The translations under genes and the position numbers were made by a program. Source: a virus. From it: a DNA stretch of 64,000 bases. Positions 60,269 to 64,000 of this stretch are shown in pieces; the first letter of the stretch is position 1; each line of letters begins with the position of its first letter. Below the pieces are notes generated by a model, which did not search any database, was not told the origin of the DNA, and was given only the letters and a program-made list of their open reading frames with translations. The stretch covers positions 32,001 to 96,000 of IMG/VR virus record IMGVR_UViG_3300042691_013609. One strand, given 5' to 3'.

Positions 60269-60270
60269 AT

Positions 60271-60993
60271 ATGCCTATTAGCGCCAGAAAGCTTGTTTAC
60301 GATACAGTTAGAAAACTAAATGGTTTAAATACTGGAATGGGGCAGTCTTTCAGCGTGTTAGACTTGGTCAGCGCTATTAATGATGCTTATGAAATTATTG
60401 TAGAAAATAATGTAAAGTTTACTGACACCAACTCTTTAATTAGGGACAATCTCAGAAAGCTTGAAATAAAAAATTACGAATTAGATTTATCTAACAAAGG
60501 TAATTACTATTTCGCAAAGTACCCGGACAATCTGTATAAAAGATTAAACCACGTAGCAGAAGTAACTTGTAAAGATTGTGATGGAACAAAAATTATAGTT
60601 CCAAGATTAGTACAGTCTGATGATTTACATGAAGCTAGAAAAAACCCATATAGAAAAGCTAATTATTATTGGGAACAATTAATAATGGATGAAGGTGGTG
60701 AGGGGTTATTTATTTATACTGACGGGGAAATGGAAGTAACTAAATTAACTATAGACTATTATAGACGTATAAACTACATAGAAGCACCTAGCTTGGTAGA
60801 ATGCAATGACTATGTTTATTTGAATTATGATGACAACCTCATTTCCAATGATGTTAATTTTGATTTAGATAATACATATATAGCAAGGAAGGTAACTGAT
60901 GTCGCTGTATTATTATTAAGAACTGATATTAAAGATACAGAAGCCTTCAGACTAAAGTTAGAAAGCATAATGCAAACAGACAAAATAACTTAA
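60271..60993 (+). CDS. Putative head-tail adaptor (ring) protein
   Basis: IN.A..I, LR.LE, IDYYR, VTDVAV pattern; synteny. Confidence 0.6.
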   Translation: MPISARKLVYDTVRKLNGLNTGMGQSFSVLDLVSAINDAYEIIVENNVKFTDTNSLIRDNLRKLEIKNYELDLSNKGNYYFAKYPDNLYKRLNHVAEVTCKDCDGTKIIVPRLVQSDDLHEARKNPYRKANYYWEQLIMDEGGEGLFIYTDGEMEVTKLTIDYYRRINYIEAPSLVECNDYVYLNYDDNLISNDVNFDLDNTYIARKVTDVAVLLLRTDIKDTEAFRLKLESIMQTDKIT

Positions 60994-61011
60994 ACTAAAA
61001 AAACTTAAAAA

Positions 61012-62640
61012 ATGAGTTCAGAAAAAAGCGAAATCAAAAGACACCTAGTTACTTCCGGTAACTTTGCGTTCGTTGCAACAGGTACTCCATTATATAAACT
61101 TGTTAAGACTGGAGAGAAGTTCAAGAAGTACTATAATGTAGCCCCAGGTCAACCAGTTATGTGGGTTGAGGATACAGATTGCGGGGATATTCCTGATACA
61201 ATTGCACCAGCAAACTTAACACTTGCTGACTTAGCTAATATCAAAATTGGTGTTGGTTACTCTTCACAAGGTAATGGCATGACTGATGCTATTAGACTTT
61301 TGTCACCTGTGAATATCCAAGGTTGTACAATCGACAAATTGGATGCTACTGATGCACAATGTGCAGTTCCTTGGATTAAGGCAGTTTATCCTGATTGCGT
61401 TAGCTGCGATACAGTTAGTGCCCGTGTTAGGGTTTACGACAACCAAAGTATTTCTTTCTCAGACCATCCGTTGAAAGCATACCAAGAATTTGTTGGATCT
61501 TACACTCCTGATTGCTCTTCTTGCAACGACTGTGAGCAGACAGCTACTTGCGATGAAATCGTTTGCGGTTTGGTTGATGCATTGAATAATGACACAGACC
61601 TTCGTATTGAAGGGGATCCATATCCACACTATTACAACACAGGTTTGGTTCGTCCTTACACTGCGTTTAAAATTCACAACACTTGGAAATCTTACTGTAT
61701 TTCCCCATCTATTGGTGCTGATTGTACTGAGTGTAATTCAATTTCTGCATTGACTACATTTACAATTGATGGTGACAATTATAACTTCGATTTAACAGAC
61801 CCATCAACATCTGGCGAAACACTCCAAACTTTGGTTGGTCAGTTAGAAGTTGCTGTTGACTTAATTAACGAGAAATTTACAGAAGTTTTAGGTCGTCATG
61901 CTGGTAAGGCATTCCTCTCTAAAGGAGAAGGTAAGTGCTGCCCATTGCAGTTGTTTGTTACTACTTGTGACAGCACATTTGCTATTGCAGGTTTAACTCA
62001 GTGCCAAGATGCAGTTGACCAATGGCCTGATTTCGTAACTAGCGGTTACTGCAAGCAGTGTGGTTCTACTGAAGATACTACTACTCCTAACTGCGGTATT
62101 GGTGTTTTCGTTAAGCCTGATGTTGAGCCTTGCAATTGCTGGGAATTAAACCAGCCTAAGCAGTTCAACAGCCGTTGGATTGAAATCGACATCTTGTCCG
62201 GAACTGGTAACGATAATACACCTAAGTACACTAAAAAGGCTACACTTCTTGAAGGTCAAGTTGCGAGCAACTACGGATCACAGATTCAGTACCTTGAGTA
62301 CGCACACAACATCGATGCTATCGGATTTGAAGGTTTCGATTATGAAATCGGAAATGAAGTAGCCGGATGGTTGGGAGTTCCTAATAAGAGGTCCAGAATT
62401 AGAAAAGCAATTACAGCAGACTGCGAAAAGTCATACTGTACTTATTATATGAGACATAAAGGCCAGACTGAAAAAGGTCCATTGAAGACATTCATCAATC
62501 TTTATATTGACGGATTCATTCACGTACCTGAGAATGACTTTACTACGAAGACAAGCATTAATGCCTTGTTCGACAAATTCGTTGACTTGGTTCCTCAAGA
62601 ATGTAAAGTTCTTACAAGCGCTAGCTGCTACGTAGACTAA
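61012..62640 (+). CDS. Abundant Cys-rich structural protein
   Basis: 26 Cys in 542 aa; capsid-like codon bias; terminator downstream. Confidence 0.65.
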   Translation: MSSEKSEIKRHLVTSGNFAFVATGTPLYKLVKTGEKFKKYYNVAPGQPVMWVEDTDCGDIPDTIAPANLTLADLANIKIGVGYSSQGNGMTDAIRLLSPVNIQGCTIDKLDATDAQCAVPWIKAVYPDCVSCDTVSARVRVYDNQSISFSDHPLKAYQEFVGSYTPDCSSCNDCEQTATCDEIVCGLVDALNNDTDLRIEGDPYPHYYNTGLVRPYTAFKIHNTWKSYCISPSIGADCTECNSISALTTFTIDGDNYNFDLTDPSTSGETLQTLVGQLEVAVDLINEKFTEVLGRHAGKAFLSKGEGKCCPLQLFVTTCDSTFAIAGLTQCQDAVDQWPDFVTSGYCKQCGSTEDTTTPNCGIGVFVKPDVEPCNCWELNQPKQFNSRWIEIDILSGTGNDNTPKYTKKATLLEGQVASNYGSQIQYLEYAHNIDAIGFEGFDYEIGNEVAGWLGVPNKRSRIRKAITADCEKSYCTYYMRHKGQTEKGPLKTFINLYIDGFIHVPENDFTTKTSINALFDKFVDLVPQECKVLTSASCYVD

Positions 62641-62691
62641 ATAAATCCGTCCTTGAAGACGGCTTCCTTACCCCAATCCCAATTGATTTTT

Positions 62692-62719
62692 ACAGGGGCC
62701 TAACCAGCCCCTGTTTTTT
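62692..62719 (+). terminator. Intrinsic terminator
   Basis: ACAGGGGC-CTAACCA-GCCCCTGT-TTTTT. Confidence 0.85.
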
Positions 62720-62743
62720 AGAAAAAAAAATACATGAAGTAAA

Positions 62744-63280
62744 ATGAACAATATAAAATTAACAGGAAATTCAAAACTCCTAAAAAAGACAAAATCTAAG
62801 ATCAATCCTAGAGAATTATCTCTTGCGCTGGCCGAAGCCACTGAATGTGGTAACGGCCTTAATCCGTTGAAGGGATATATTGTTCTTCCTAATTTTAATT
62901 CATCTTCAGGAGATGTTGACAATAGAGTAGCATTATATATTGTAGATGGAGAATTAGTAATTGAGCCAATCGAAGATGCAAAAGCAGCTATTTCTGCTTT
63001 CTGCTCAAACTCTTTAGTTAGCGCTACTGGAGCGTCTATATCAGGATGCTTAACTGGACAAAATTTAACAGTAGGCGGGACTAGACAATTAACAGCTTCA
63101 GTAACTCCTTCCACTGCGTTACAAACTGGTACTTGGACAACATCTAACGCGGGTAGAGCGACAGTTAACTCATCTGGATTAGTAACAGCTGTTGCAGCCG
63201 GTTCCGTGACAATTACGTTTACTTCTACTGATGGAGGATTTACGGCTACTTGCGCTATTACTGTGGTTGCTCCATTATAA
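62744..63280 (+). CDS. Structural protein with C-terminal Ig-like (Big_2) domain
   Basis: LTVG.T.QLTASV.P..W.TSN...ATVNSSGLVTAV.AG...IT.T..DGG.TATC.ITV. Confidence 0.9.
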   Translation: MNNIKLTGNSKLLKKTKSKINPRELSLALAEATECGNGLNPLKGYIVLPNFNSSSGDVDNRVALYIVDGELVIEPIEDAKAAISAFCSNSLVSATGASISGCLTGQNLTVGGTRQLTASVTPSTALQTGTWTTSNAGRATVNSSGLVTAVAAGSVTITFTSTDGGFTATCAITVVAPL

Positions 63281-63303
63281 TTTTATAATAAAAATATAAT
63301 AAC

Positions 63304-63822
63304 ATGACTAATGCTAATTGCTCCTGTATAAAAAGGGAGGATCAATCATTTGATTTCATAATCAATACTTATGATTGCAGAAGCTTAGTTATTACTGATT
63401 TAACAAATTGGATGATAGGTGATGGTTACGTTTTGCCAACAACGCACAACGTAACCGTTACCTTACCAACTCAATCAAAAGTAGATATAAAAATTATACC
63501 TAACTCAGTAACAAGTGTTAGCGCAAATACATTAGGTTTTGGCGAATGTCTAAAAGACGGTATATACGGCTTTTATACAGAGAGTTGCGGGTATAATTAT
63601 AGTAAAGTAAAAGCTGTTGTCTGTACACTTAGGTGTAAATTAGATAATTATATATCTAAGGCAATGGATAAAGAAGATTGGGATAACATAACAAGAATCT
63701 CTAACCTTATCGATTTAATAGAAATCGATGCAGAAATGGGCAATGAAATAAATGCTAAAGAAATGTTTAAGATTGTGGATAAGGAACTTGATAAACATTC
63801 TTGCACTTGCTATTGCAGGTAA
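63304..63822 (+). CDS. Putative structural protein
   Basis: 172-aa ORF with DGIY motif and Cys-rich ends; late operon. Confidence 0.6.
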   Translation: MTNANCSCIKREDQSFDFIINTYDCRSLVITDLTNWMIGDGYVLPTTHNVTVTLPTQSKVDIKIIPNSVTSVSANTLGFGECLKDGIYGFYTESCGYNYSKVKAVVCTLRCKLDNYISKAMDKEDWDNITRISNLIDLIEIDAEMGNEINAKEMFKIVDKELDKHSCTCYCR

Positions 63823-63847
63823 TTTTAAATTTAAAGTAAAAAATAGA

Positions 63848-64000
63848 ATGGCAAATATATATTCATGTTGCAATTGTTTTGGCAACTCTTTGACATTGAA
63901 CAACAACTGTAATCCAACCTCAACTAGTGAATGTGGGGGTTGTTTGACTTTAGGTCATATTATGGTTGGGTGTGAAAATAGCATCGCTCCATGCGATACC
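63848..64000 (+). CDS. Cys-rich protein, 3'-truncated
   Basis: ATG at 63848; frame open to the window end (MANIYSCCNCFG...). Confidence 0.55.
   Translation, partial: MANIYSCCNCFGNSLTLNNNCNPTSTSECGGCLTLGHIMVGCENSIAPCDT

Noticed and set aside
1-64000. Stop-codon reassignment as in some crAss-like phages
   Set aside because: All core genes are full length in the standard code, and no suppressor tRNA is seen.

Overview
This is a 64-kb segment of a lytic crAss-like (Crassvirales-type) phage. The host is probably a Bacteroidota bacterium, given the many TAnnTTTG promoters and A/T-rich leaders without Shine-Dalgarno sequences; the standard genetic code reads through all long genes. Layout: (1) the 3' part of a giant polyvalent virion protein (+, to 7340); (2) a minus-strand replication block (PolA, SSB, DnaB-like helicase, MgsA, ThyX, HNH endonucleases, primase, tRNA-CAT); (3) a minus-strand cluster of small 'early' genes (about 22.7-35.9 kb); (4) a non-coding, skewed segment at about 36.05-36.55 kb, a candidate terminus or origin; (5) a minus-strand nucleotide-metabolism block (PhoH, ClpP-like, AlkB-like, dUTPase, NrdAB, RuvC-like, tRNA-Leu); (6) a plus-strand late block (IHF-like, RecA-like, TerL, portal, scaffold, major capsid, head-tail proteins). 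The most unusual signals are non-coding. About 15 oriented copies of the palindrome AGTTACCTCCGAGGTAACT are confined to 29.3-36.05 kb, one of them in frame inside a DUF3102-like gene. Two covarying D-arm-less tRNA-like RNAs lie among them. A cluster of ornate structured-RNA candidates follows the tRNA-CAT, and a 41-nt element is repeated exactly 14 kb apart. Product calls come from motif recognition by eye; no searches were run.
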